DNA of 64,000 nucleotides from an uncultured Bacteroidota bacterium (GTDB lineage Bacteria; Bacteroidota; Bacteroidia; Bacteroidales; SZUA-534): NCBI GenBank assembly GCA_946186925.1, contig CAMHPA010000010.1, positions 2,595 to 66,594 of the forward strand, read 5' to 3'. Shown piece by piece: positions 45,387 to 54,380 of this stretch (position 1 is its first letter; each line of letters starts with the position of its first letter). The notes under the pieces were generated by a model. It saw only the letters and a program-made list of their open reading frames with translations, ran no database searches and was not told where the DNA came from. The position numbers and the translations under genes were made by a program.

Positions 45387-47003
45387 CTACTCTTTCTTCA
45401 AAAAATCAAATTGTCCGCCGTTCTGCTTGAGTGTCAGTTTTTTATCCGCAAGGTTAAATATGATGACAATGCCTGCTGGTTTGAACTCAAAATCGGTTTC
45501 CGATGTTGCGGTGAGCGGGAATGCCAATTGTCCTGTTGCCTGACCTTGCAATTTTGTGCCGTCGGAAGTGATTTTCAGGTCCATTCCTAACTGCGCCGAC
45601 GAGTAGGTCCCGACATATGCCGCCAACTGCTCGCTGGTTAGCGCAACCGATTGTGTTTCAGCCTGATTAGCGGTATTGGCCGACTTTCTCACAAACTCAA
45701 ATGTCTGCCCCATTTGCTTGAGTGTGATTTTGTTGCGGTCGGGTGCGACAGTAATGACAACGCCCACACTTGCATTCTCGAATTGGTCAGCCGAAAGGGC
45801 GTCGAGCGGAAAAGACTGCTGCCCCGCCGTCTGTGCGCACAGCCGATTGCCTGCCACCGTCACCGTCACTTCCATTCCAAGCGCCTCGCAACGGAAAACG
45901 CCCGTGTACTGCGCAAGTTGCTCGGCCGAGAGTTCGATGTATTTCGAGAAATCGGGCATTTCAATGTCCTTCCCGTCCACAGCGTCGAGAATGGCCAAGG
46001 TGATTTTGTTAAGGTCGATGTCGGTGCCGTTTGAGCAGATGGCGATTGTCAGGTTGTCGAAAACCTCAAATTGCGACCTGAAGCCGTCGATGGCGCCCGA
46101 ATGGCCGTAGCCCGAATGGCCGTTGTGCGAGAACGTGAACAGGCCGCGGCCGATGCCCTCGTTCAGTTCTTTCATTTGCTCGCGCAGATTGTCGCCGAAG
46201 ATGCCGTCGAACAGCGCCTTGCCGAATTTCGCAAGGTCGGCTGGCGTTGATGCCATTGCGCCCGCGCCCAACGCCACCGACGCGTCGGTTTCGGGCTGAA
46301 CCTGCCAATGGTCAAGCAGCGCGTATGAGCGTGCGTCGCCGCGCTGCGGATTGACGGCCTCGCTGAAACGTGTGTGCCGCAAGTCCAACGGCTTGACAAT
46401 CAGTTCGTCAACAACCTCGGCATACGGCTTCCCGTAAACGTCTTCCAAGATGAACCCGAGCAGATTGTAGCCCGTATTGCAGTAGCGGAAAGTGCTGTCG
46501 GAAGCGAAGTTGGTGCCTGCGGCGGCCACGCGCTCAAGAATCTGCTGGCGCGTCTGCGGTGTCAAATAATAGGTCAGATACTCATACGGCTTGTCGTTGA
46601 CAATATCCACCAAGCCGCTGCGGTGATAAAGCAGATGGTTGATGGTAATCTGTTCTGCATTAGGAATTTGCGCGTCGGGAAAATACTTGGCAATGTTGTC
46701 GTTGAGCGACAGACGCCCCTCGTTGGCGGCCTTCAGCACCATAACGGCGGTGAAGGGTTTGGAGATTGAACCGATTCGGAACTGCGTCTCGGCCGTGCAG
46801 GGAATCTGGTTCTCAACGTCGGCCCAACCCAACGAGCGCTGATAGATGGTCTGCCCGTCGCGCTGCACCACCACCGAGCCCATAAAATGCCCGTCTAGAG
46901 TGCTGAAATAAGCGTCGAGTTTCTGGTCGATTGCCTGCTGACTGCAAGCTGTGCTGACAGCGACGCAACATAATGCGGCGAAGGTTTTTGCTAATGATTT
47001 CAT
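45387..47003 (-). CDS. serine hydrolase, class C beta-lactamase/PBP-like, with duplicated C-terminal domain
   Basis: The signal peptide is MKSLAKTFAALCCVAVSTACSQ. The SxxK motif is in RIGSISKPFT, and a YxN-like motif is in YCNTGY. Two homologous C-terminal domains of about 90 aa follow. Confidence 0.85.
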   Translation of the reverse strand: MKSLAKTFAALCCVAVSTACSQQAIDQKLDAYFSTLDGHFMGSVVVQRDGQTIYQRSLGWADVENQIPCTAETQFRIGSISKPFTAVMVLKAANEGRLSLNDNIAKYFPDAQIPNAEQITINHLLYHRSGLVDIVNDKPYEYLTYYLTPQTRQQILERVAAAGTNFASDSTFRYCNTGYNLLGFILEDVYGKPYAEVVDELIVKPLDLRHTRFSEAVNPQRGDARSYALLDHWQVQPETDASVALGAGAMASTPADLAKFGKALFDGIFGDNLREQMKELNEGIGRGLFTFSHNGHSGYGHSGAIDGFRSQFEVFDNLTIAICSNGTDIDLNKITLAILDAVDGKDIEMPDFSKYIELSAEQLAQYTGVFRCEALGMEVTVTVAGNRLCAQTAGQQSFPLDALSADQFENASVGVVITVAPDRNKITLKQMGQTFEFVRKSANTANQAETQSVALTSEQLAAYVGTYSSAQLGMDLKITSDGTKLQGQATGQLAFPLTATSETDFEFKPAGIVIIFNLADKKLTLKQNGGQFDFLKKE

Positions 47004-47390
47004 ATCTATTTGTTTTTTAATTGTTAAACTGTTCGTTTCAAAATCGCAAGCCAAAAGTAAATGCCGCCCGCCGATGTTGCAAATAATTGTTCGGCACGTG
47101 TTGCGGTTGATTTTAGCGTTAAACACCAAATTATCAGTATGTTATAAGGAAATCATCGGATTTTGGCGCAATAAAATCTTAACAGCGCACCAAAATAGTG
47201 CGTGCTAATAATCAAGAAGATAGCGCCTTTAAAAATCTATCCATTCCGTTGTCTGCGCAAGAGCAAGTTTTGAAAATCCTTGATTATGCATTACATATTG
47301 AAAATGCTTGAGCATAAATGGATTATGGCGCAAAAACTTGTATATATGAAAAAAAAGATGTAAGGTTGTATCTTTAAATTAAGACAAGTT

Positions 47391-47882
47391 ATGAGAATAA
47401 AACTACTACTTTTCTTGTTGCTTTTTGCAGTAACTGCAGTAACGGCGATGGCGACTGAGCAGAATGTCGTGGCAATTTATCAGCAAAACGGTGAGGTGGC
47501 GCTGTTTGCATTCGCCGCCAAACCAGAATTGAGTTATTCAGCCACGCACCTTATCATCAATACCAGTGGCACATCGGTGCAATACCCGATTAATCAGTTG
47601 AAAAAAGTGTCGTTCGAGAAAGCTGACATTGATGAGCCTATAGTAGATAACATCGATATGCCGGATATTGCTCCGGAGATTTTCTCTTTCAGCGATGGGC
47701 AAATTGTCATCAAAGGCGGAGAACCAAATTCAGTGGTGAACATCTACACTGTACAAGGCTCACTGTCAATGCAGTACCGATTGGATAGCAACGGCTATGC
47801 AACTGTTCCAACAGACAATCTCCGAGGAACCGTATATGTCATACAAAATGGAAGTGTAACCTTTAAGTTCGCGAAGCCATGA
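47391..47882 (+). CDS. small secreted protein with T9SS type A CTD-like tail
   Basis: The signal peptide is MRIKLLLFLLLFAVTAVTAMA. The tail VVNIYTVQGSLSMQYRLDSNGYATVPTDNLRGTVYVIQNGSVTFKFAKP is CTD-like. Its stop overlaps the next start (ATGA at 47879-47882). Confidence 0.7.
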   Translation: MRIKLLLFLLLFAVTAVTAMATEQNVVAIYQQNGEVALFAFAAKPELSYSATHLIINTSGTSVQYPINQLKKVSFEKADIDEPIVDNIDMPDIAPEIFSFSDGQIVIKGGEPNSVVNIYTVQGSLSMQYRLDSNGYATVPTDNLRGTVYVIQNGSVTFKFAKP

Positions 47883-50800
47883 AAAAAATATGTTCTTTAT
47901 TGATTGCCGCCACCACGGTGAGTGGGCTATTCGCGGAGAATATCAGCGAGCAGCAGGCATTGGAGATTGCTGGCAAATTTGTACAGTACGAGCAAATGGC
48001 AAAGTCGGATAACGGCAAATCGTCTGTCAGTGCGGAATTCACGCTGTCTATGGCTTACAAGATGCCTTCGCGTGTGCAGAAGAATACTAGCAATGTGTAT
48101 ATCGTCAATATCGGTGATGACCAGGGATTTGTAATCGTTTCGGGCGAAAGCGGGACTGAGGTGGAGGTGCTCGGCTACTGCGACCATGGAACGTTCAATT
48201 ATGCCGATGCCCCCGTTCAATTGCAAGACCTTCTCAGCGAGTATTCGGTTGGTATTGACAGCCTGAGAAATAATCCTTCGTTGGCTGCGGACAAATCGGC
48301 CGCCAAAAACATAACTGACAGTTGGGCGGATGATTTTGACCATTACCCTTCTTATTTAGGCGATATGATAGTGGAGCCGCTAATCAAATCTAAATGGAAT
48401 CAGACAAGTCCGTATAACCGCTTCATTCGCGACCAATGCTATACCGGATGTGTGCCAACCGCAGTGGCTCAAGTTATGCGTTTTTGGCGTTGGCCTAAGG
48501 CAACAAAAGATTCTGTTTATGATTGGAACGCAGATAGTGTATGGACGAAAGTGGATTTTTCCGGCCGCACGTACGACTGGGATAATATGCTCGATGACTA
48601 TGAACACGGCTACACTTGGGAGCAGGCTGATGCCGTTGCCAAATTAATGACTGATGTGGGAAAGGCAATGGGAACACGCTATTGCCAACCCAACGGCAGT
48701 CCTACAGGTTTTGGCAGTGAGGCATTGGTACGCAATTTCGGTTACGAGCCCGGAGTCCAATCTATTACTGGCAACAAAGCAGCCGATGTACGTGAGGAAC
48801 TAAAGGCAGAACTTGACAATGGGCGCCCCGTGCTTTACGCAGGTGATCCAGAGGAGGGCGACGGACACGCACTCATTTGTGACGGCTACACGGCTAACAA
48901 CTATTTCCACTTCAATTATGGTTGGGGCGGATATACTGACGGCTTCTACCGGCTTTCGGCTGTGCCAAAATATATCAACAATGTACAGATTTGGACAAAC
49001 TTCCGTCCGTATGACGCAGAGGAGAAGATTGTGGATAATATCAAATATGGACTGCTGCCAAACGGCAATGCGGAAATTCTTGACTATTTGGGCGGTGGAG
49101 TGAACGTGGATAACGGAGCGATAGTCATTCCCGATACCATCACCGATGAAAGTACCGGCAATAAATATGCTGTCACGCGCATCTGCAAACAGGCATTTTA
49201 CAACAAGGGCAACTTCGATAAGATTACTTTCGGAAACAACATTGAGACCATCGACCGTTTCGCGTTCATTCTTTCAACAATAGACTCTGTCATATTGAGT
49301 GATAAAATGGAGGTGGTGCCTGATGATGCGTTCCAAGTGGCCAATGTCTACTACTTGTATATCGGCAAGAACGTGAAACGCATTGGTAAGAGAGCATTCG
49401 AACTCTGCCCGCTCAACGAGATTGTGAGCAAGAGCCGCCAATTGGAATTAGACGAGGAAGCCTTTGCAAACTCACGGCCCCAGCGAGGCGAGTGGGAAAA
49501 TTGCATCGTCAAAATCAACAAAAAAGCCTTTTATGGTGCCACGCTGAGTGCAGACACCTATTTCAAGAATCTGGAAATCATCGGAGACTCAGCAACGTAT
49601 GGCGGTCGTTGGGGAAGGGGTTCGCAGTTCTTCCACATCGGTCCAAAAGTGCGGGAAATAGCGCCATCGGCCTTTGACGGAATGTTTGAAGGCAGTACTG
49701 TGCCATACTTGATTGTGGATTCTCTTAACCCATATTATTCCGACGATTTTGACCCTATAATCTATAATAAGGACAAGACGTGTCTTCTTATCGCATTAAG
49801 TTCCCCGGGTTCGGGCATTTGGCCGGAAACACTAATTAAGATGGCACCAGGGTGTGTGCGCGGGAAAATGAGCAGTTTTAATATTCCGCAAACAATTGTG
49901 GATTTGGAAGGAGCATTTAGTGAATGCAAACAGCCCAAATACTCATATGCTGATGTCACTTGTCCGTTTATGGTTCCTCCCGTTATTTCTGATGCCACAT
50001 TCAGTGACGAGATTTTTGCCGACCCGGAGAAGAATGTTTATCTGCAGGTGCCGGAAGGGACTGAAAAACTTTATGCAGATGCACCAGGCTGGCGCAAGTT
50101 CGGCGACTATATCACCACCATGTACGAGGAAGATTTTAAGCCACTTCCACCACAGGCTTTGAACTATCAAATGGTGGTGCATGGAGATTCGTCGAGGACT
50201 TTGATAGATATCAGCGAGGTTAGCACAATCCGCTTCAGCGAAGATGAGAATGGCGAGGCAATGGTGACTATAAGTGTGAACGGACGCAACGACATAACAA
50301 CCAAAACCGCTAATATTGACAGCATAACGTGGAAACCGGGTTTTGTGTATGAGGGTGCGGAGATTTTTACCATTAACGATTCTTCTCTTACCATCAACGC
50401 GCAGAAATGCTCCATCACTTTTGGCGCTACAACCTTTGATGACAGCGCACAAATATGCGTTCGCAACTCGGTACTCCTTCCGCGTCCTACTCAAGGTGTT
50501 ACAGGCGGTGTGGGCATCGATATAAGCATGCTGACTGATTCAGGAGTGGTACACGAACTGAGCGGTGTGGCGAAAATAACAATTCCCTTAGATGCTCCTG
50601 CAGACCAAAAGGTAGGCGCGGCATATTACAATCCCGAAACAGATGAGTGGGAGCCTGTCTATTTTGAGTATGACAAGGATGCGGGAGTAGCCACTATTCT
50701 CACCGACCATTTGTCGTTCTATTCCCTCTTTTACACTCTCAATGACCGAACCAAAGATGAAGTGTTTAGAGCGTTTGAAGAGTTTCCTGTGGTTTATAAC

Positions 50801-52666
50801 TTCAATCAGGGTACAAAAGTGTTACTTGATATCTTAGGCTCTGATTCTCCGGAAGTGGAACAGGCGATAAAGTTCAAAGATGAACTGGGTCTATGGCAGT
50901 CTCTTGGCTTGGATGGATTTTATACTGCCGTTGTCAGTGTAACGGAACCATTGTTGGACTTCAAACCGGAAGCGATTGACAAAACCGTAAATATTCTTGG
51001 TGAGATAGGAACGGCACTGACAATCTTGGATGTTGTTCGGGCCGACCTAAAAGGCGATAACATAGGCGTGGCATCCAATACACTTAAAGTGCTGATGGCA
51101 AAGACTGTCGGTTCGGCAGCCAGTGCTATCGGAACGCCTGTCATGGCGGCATCCATGAGTTTGGTGGCCGTCATTGGTGTGGCATTGGAGAAATTCGGCA
51201 CTATGGTTAACGAGCGCAAGGTGGACCTTTTCCGCCAAGCCTACCGTTATTACTACAGTCCCGCAGGTTATAGAGAGCTTGCACCCGATTCGCGTTTCAA
51301 TAATAATGCCGACGGCACACCGGCAAAGCATGGTTACTTCCGTACCAAAAAGGACTGGTACGATTATTTTTATCCAGCCTTTGTTGAAGCGAAGATGAAT
51401 GAAGAAAAACTCCGTTCCTATATAGAGCAATCGGTGCGTCGCTATTGCGACAGGTTCTGGGAGGATAATCAGGAAGTACGCACCTATGCCTACGCGTGGG
51501 CAAAAACTCAAGGACTCTCAACATTTATGAATGAGACTGAGGCTCTGCAACAACAGATTTCAGATGAGTATTTTGCCGAGTTGATGAACAATACCCTCGG
51601 TGATGTCTTTGAGGCTCTCCGCGAGAAACAGATTGCGCTGGCATCAAAACGAATGACATCCAAAGTAAACAGCATGGCTAAGTTCATGGGAAAGAAAGTG
51701 ACTATTCGCGTTAAAGACTCGTCATGGTCGGGGAAAGAGGGCGAAAAATCAGACTTTGCAGGGCGCAGAATAGGCTTTACAGTTATTCCCGAGTATGCTA
51801 CTGACGCTGATAAGTGGCAAGCCATTATTGACGATGAAGGAAAGGCTGATATGGGTAGTTTCACCACATATGCCCTGGTGCGTAATATGGTTCCATTCAA
51901 ACTCACGTTGTATGATAAGAAAGGTTTGCCGGAGAAAGAGTATAGTTTCCAATTGGATGGTACCGTTGACCGAATTATTGACATCGACCTCGCGCAAGGT
52001 GTGAAAGTGGAGACCAATAGGATTGAGAACCTCAAACTGACTTATACACCACCGTCGGTAATGGTTTATAGTTCAGGTTATGACATGCTGGACCAATATT
52101 CCGACTCTATCACGGGTGAAGTGGTTTATATGTCGGACACGATAAACTTCTATAAAAACAAAGTGAGATGGTGTACGGAAGTGGAAAGGTTCTTCAACCG
52201 ACATGACTTTATCACTGTCGATTCTCTCGGCAACTTCACCATTGGAGATGACATAGCCGGTAAGTTTGTGGGCGACTCCGCTTCTGGTCAGTTCGTCATC
52301 AATACCGACTATAGGTTCTTTGTTAAAACATTGCAACAATTTGTTGATGATTGGAACAATCCGAAGATTTATTACCAAGATAGAGTGAGGGAGTTATTGA
52401 ACGGCTCTGTCAAACACCAGATAGCCTGCAAGTACACCATCAAGCGGGTTGAGGTGGAAGACCACTTCGAGTACAATATCACTTATACTGGTGAAGGCGC
52501 GTTCGATTTGACGGCGCGGCATATTAACCATTACAACAAAGCCATCGATTGGCAAGGTTTGTTTGTGGATAAGGCATTCCCGTCACTGGATATCTATGAA
52601 GTCGGTACCGGCACAAGTTCCGTTGGTGGTGATGTCACTCTCGAGTACAAAACAACCTTACGCTAA
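47879..52666 (+). CDS. C10 (streptopain-family) cysteine protease fused to a BspA-type LRR block and an unassigned C-terminal region of about 850 aa
   Basis: It has a signal peptide and a pro-region (VYIVNIGDDQGFVIVSGE). The catalytic Cys is in KWNQTSPYN...CYTGCVPTAVAQVMRFW and the His is in GDGHALICDGY...FHFNYGWGGYTDGFYRL. LRR_5 units span aa ~385-740. The rest has no signature I recognise. Confidence 0.88.
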   Translation: MKKICSLLIAATTVSGLFAENISEQQALEIAGKFVQYEQMAKSDNGKSSVSAEFTLSMAYKMPSRVQKNTSNVYIVNIGDDQGFVIVSGESGTEVEVLGYCDHGTFNYADAPVQLQDLLSEYSVGIDSLRNNPSLAADKSAAKNITDSWADDFDHYPSYLGDMIVEPLIKSKWNQTSPYNRFIRDQCYTGCVPTAVAQVMRFWRWPKATKDSVYDWNADSVWTKVDFSGRTYDWDNMLDDYEHGYTWEQADAVAKLMTDVGKAMGTRYCQPNGSPTGFGSEALVRNFGYEPGVQSITGNKAADVREELKAELDNGRPVLYAGDPEEGDGHALICDGYTANNYFHFNYGWGGYTDGFYRLSAVPKYINNVQIWTNFRPYDAEEKIVDNIKYGLLPNGNAEILDYLGGGVNVDNGAIVIPDTITDESTGNKYAVTRICKQAFYNKGNFDKITFGNNIETIDRFAFILSTIDSVILSDKMEVVPDDAFQVANVYYLYIGKNVKRIGKRAFELCPLNEIVSKSRQLELDEEAFANSRPQRGEWENCIVKINKKAFYGATLSADTYFKNLEIIGDSATYGGRWGRGSQFFHIGPKVREIAPSAFDGMFEGSTVPYLIVDSLNPYYSDDFDPIIYNKDKTCLLIALSSPGSGIWPETLIKMAPGCVRGKMSSFNIPQTIVDLEGAFSECKQPKYSYADVTCPFMVPPVISDATFSDEIFADPEKNVYLQVPEGTEKLYADAPGWRKFGDYITTMYEEDFKPLPPQALNYQMVVHGDSSRTLIDISEVSTIRFSEDENGEAMVTISVNGRNDITTKTANIDSITWKPGFVYEGAEIFTINDSSLTINAQKCSITFGATTFDDSAQICVRNSVLLPRPTQGVTGGVGIDISMLTDSGVVHELSGVAKITIPLDAPADQKVGAAYYNPETDEWEPVYFEYDKDAGVATILTDHLSFYSLFYTLNDRTKDEVFRAFEEFPVVYNFNQGTKVLLDILGSDSPEVEQAIKFKDELGLWQSLGLDGFYTAVVSVTEPLLDFKPEAIDKTVNILGEIGTALTILDVVRADLKGDNIGVASNTLKVLMAKTVGSAASAIGTPVMAASMSLVAVIGVALEKFGTMVNERKVDLFRQAYRYYYSPAGYRELAPDSRFNNNADGTPAKHGYFRTKKDWYDYFYPAFVEAKMNEEKLRSYIEQSVRRYCDRFWEDNQEVRTYAYAWAKTQGLSTFMNETEALQQQISDEYFAELMNNTLGDVFEALREKQIALASKRMTSKVNSMAKFMGKKVTIRVKDSSWSGKEGEKSDFAGRRIGFTVIPEYATDADKWQAIIDDEGKADMGSFTTYALVRNMVPFKLTLYDKKGLPEKEYSFQLDGTVDRIIDIDLAQGVKVETNRIENLKLTYTPPSVMVYSSGYDMLDQYSDSITGEVVYMSDTINFYKNKVRWCTEVERFFNRHDFITVDSLGNFTIGDDIAGKFVGDSASGQFVINTDYRFFVKTLQQFVDDWNNPKIYYQDRVRELLNGSVKHQIACKYTIKRVEVEDHFEYNITYTGEGAFDLTARHINHYNKAIDWQGLFVDKAFPSLDIYEVGTGTSSVGGDVTLEYKTTLR

Positions 52667-52708
52667 CCGTTGAATAGCTGAAAAACAAACTCTTTTCGCT
52701 GGTTTTAC

Positions 52709-52752
52709 AAAAAAAACGAGGCTGCCCAAAAACTCTTGGGCAGCCTCGTTCT
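52709..52752. terminator. bidirectional terminator hairpin
   Basis: The 12-bp perfect stem acgaggctgccc / gggcagcctcgt is preceded by an A8 run, which reads as a T-tract for the minus-strand gene. Confidence 0.75.
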
Positions 52753-52769
52753 GATTATCGCACTTATTT

Positions 52770-54380
52770 TCAAATGCCTTTCAGCACTGCTCTGACAGAG
52801 CCTTTGTCTGCAATCAGTTTTGCAAAATAGCCGCATACCTTATTGGCAAGTCCTGCCTCAAACAAATCGACACCGAAAATCTCTTTACGGTGCATAAGCG
52901 GCTCAACTGCCTTGCAAGCCGCTGCCGCGTCTCCGCCAATCTTGACATCGGCGACGTATTTTCTCACATCGTCCAAAAGCGGGTCGGGGCTCAGCTCAAA
53001 AGCGTTTCCGTTATCGTCGATTGCCATAAGGTAGCGCATCCACAAAGCGAAAACAGCGGGGATAACCTCCAAATTGGCCACATTCAAATCGTTGCGTGAG
53101 ATATAGCCTTTAATTGTTTCGCCAAAGCGTATGCTCAATTTCTGCGATGTGTCGCAAGCAATGCGCTGCGGTGTGTCAGGCATAAACGGATTCGGAATGC
53201 GAATGTCAACAACTTCGTCGATAAAGTTGCGCGGTTTGATGATGCCTGGGTCGACAACAACAGGCAGGCCTTCCTCATATCCCAAGCGTTTGACAAGACG
53301 CAACAAATCAGTGTCTTTCATTTCGTCGGCTATAAGAGTGTAGCCAAGCAGGCAGCCGCTTACGGCAAGGAATGTGTGAAGCGGGTTCAAGCAAGTGCAC
53401 ACCTTCATTTTCTCCACCTTGTCCACCGTCTCGCGATTGGTGAAATACAATCCCGCTTTTTCAAGTTCGGGGCGGCCGTTGGGGAAATTATCCTCAAGAA
53501 CCAGATACTGGCACTCTTCGGCATTGACAAAAGGCGCCACGTACGTTTTTTTGCTTGTGATGACGGGCTCAAGTTGTTCAATTCCGTCATCGGCAAGAAT
53601 CTTCTCGATTTTGGCGTCGGGGCGCGGGGTGATTTTGTCAATCATTGTCCAGGGGAACGACACCTTGCTGGCGTTATTCACATAATCAAGGAATCCCTTT
53701 TTGCAAACACCGCGTTTCTCCCACTCTTTAGCAAACTCATTGACAGCGGCATACAGTTTGTCGCCGTTGTGCGAGCAGTTGTCCATACTTACCATTGCAA
53801 TAGGAAGTTCGCCGTTGGCAAAACGCTCATAAAGCAATGTGACAACCTTTCCGATGTAAGATTTTGGAAGGACCGGACCTTCGGCAAAATCGCTTTCAAC
53901 ACCAGGCATAAACACGCCAGCCGCATTTTTCAGCAGATAGCCTTTTTCTGTAATGGTGAATGTGACCATTTGAAGCGAAGGATTTCGGAAAATCTCAATC
54001 AGCCGCGACCAATCGTTGGCATTGGAACTGTCGGCCGTCAGCGACTCCATAATTGAGCCGACCACAGTTTTTTCGACATTTCCGCTCGATTTGAGTGTTA
54101 CAAGCGCACCGATGTTGTCGTGGGGGCGGTACATTTTCTCGATTATCTCGTAGTCGTAGCCCTCAGCGACCACAAGACCACGGTTTATCACACCCTTGTT
54201 TAAAAGTTCCTGCACCACATTGGCCTGAAAAGCACGAAAAATGTTTCCGGCACCGAAGTGAATCCAAAACGGCTCTTTTTTAGTTGCAGCCTCAACTTTT
54301 TCCCGATCGAATTGTGGAAGTGAGTAGCCTTTTGCTTCCCACTCCGCTTTGTTTTGTAATCCTTGTTTAGTCAGTTTCAT
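52770..54380 (-). CDS. mannitol dehydrogenase family oxidoreductase (mannonate/fructuronate-type)
   Basis: The N-terminal WIHFGAGNIFRAF dinucleotide motif and the long-chain mannitol-DH length and layout fit this family. Confidence 0.75.
   Translation of the reverse strand: MKLTKQGLQNKAEWEAKGYSLPQFDREKVEAATKKEPFWIHFGAGNIFRAFQANVVQELLNKGVINRGLVVAEGYDYEIIEKMYRPHDNIGALVTLKSSGNVEKTVVGSIMESLTADSSNANDWSRLIEIFRNPSLQMVTFTITEKGYLLKNAAGVFMPGVESDFAEGPVLPKSYIGKVVTLLYERFANGELPIAMVSMDNCSHNGDKLYAAVNEFAKEWEKRGVCKKGFLDYVNNASKVSFPWTMIDKITPRPDAKIEKILADDGIEQLEPVITSKKTYVAPFVNAEECQYLVLEDNFPNGRPELEKAGLYFTNRETVDKVEKMKVCTCLNPLHTFLAVSGCLLGYTLIADEMKDTDLLRLVKRLGYEEGLPVVVDPGIIKPRNFIDEVVDIRIPNPFMPDTPQRIACDTSQKLSIRFGETIKGYISRNDLNVANLEVIPAVFALWMRYLMAIDDNGNAFELSPDPLLDDVRKYVADVKIGGDAAAACKAVEPLMHRKEIFGVDLFEAGLANKVCGYFAKLIADKGSVRAVLKGI

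Noticed and set aside
47161-47339. Words resembling the 3027-array motif (ttttggcgcaataaaatc at 47161, attatggcgcaaaaactt at 47322) upstream of the C10 gene pair.
   Set aside because: There are only two copies. The match is limited to GGCG-AA within AT-rich flanks and could easily arise by chance. I do not treat them as part of the same repeat family without a genome-wide motif test.
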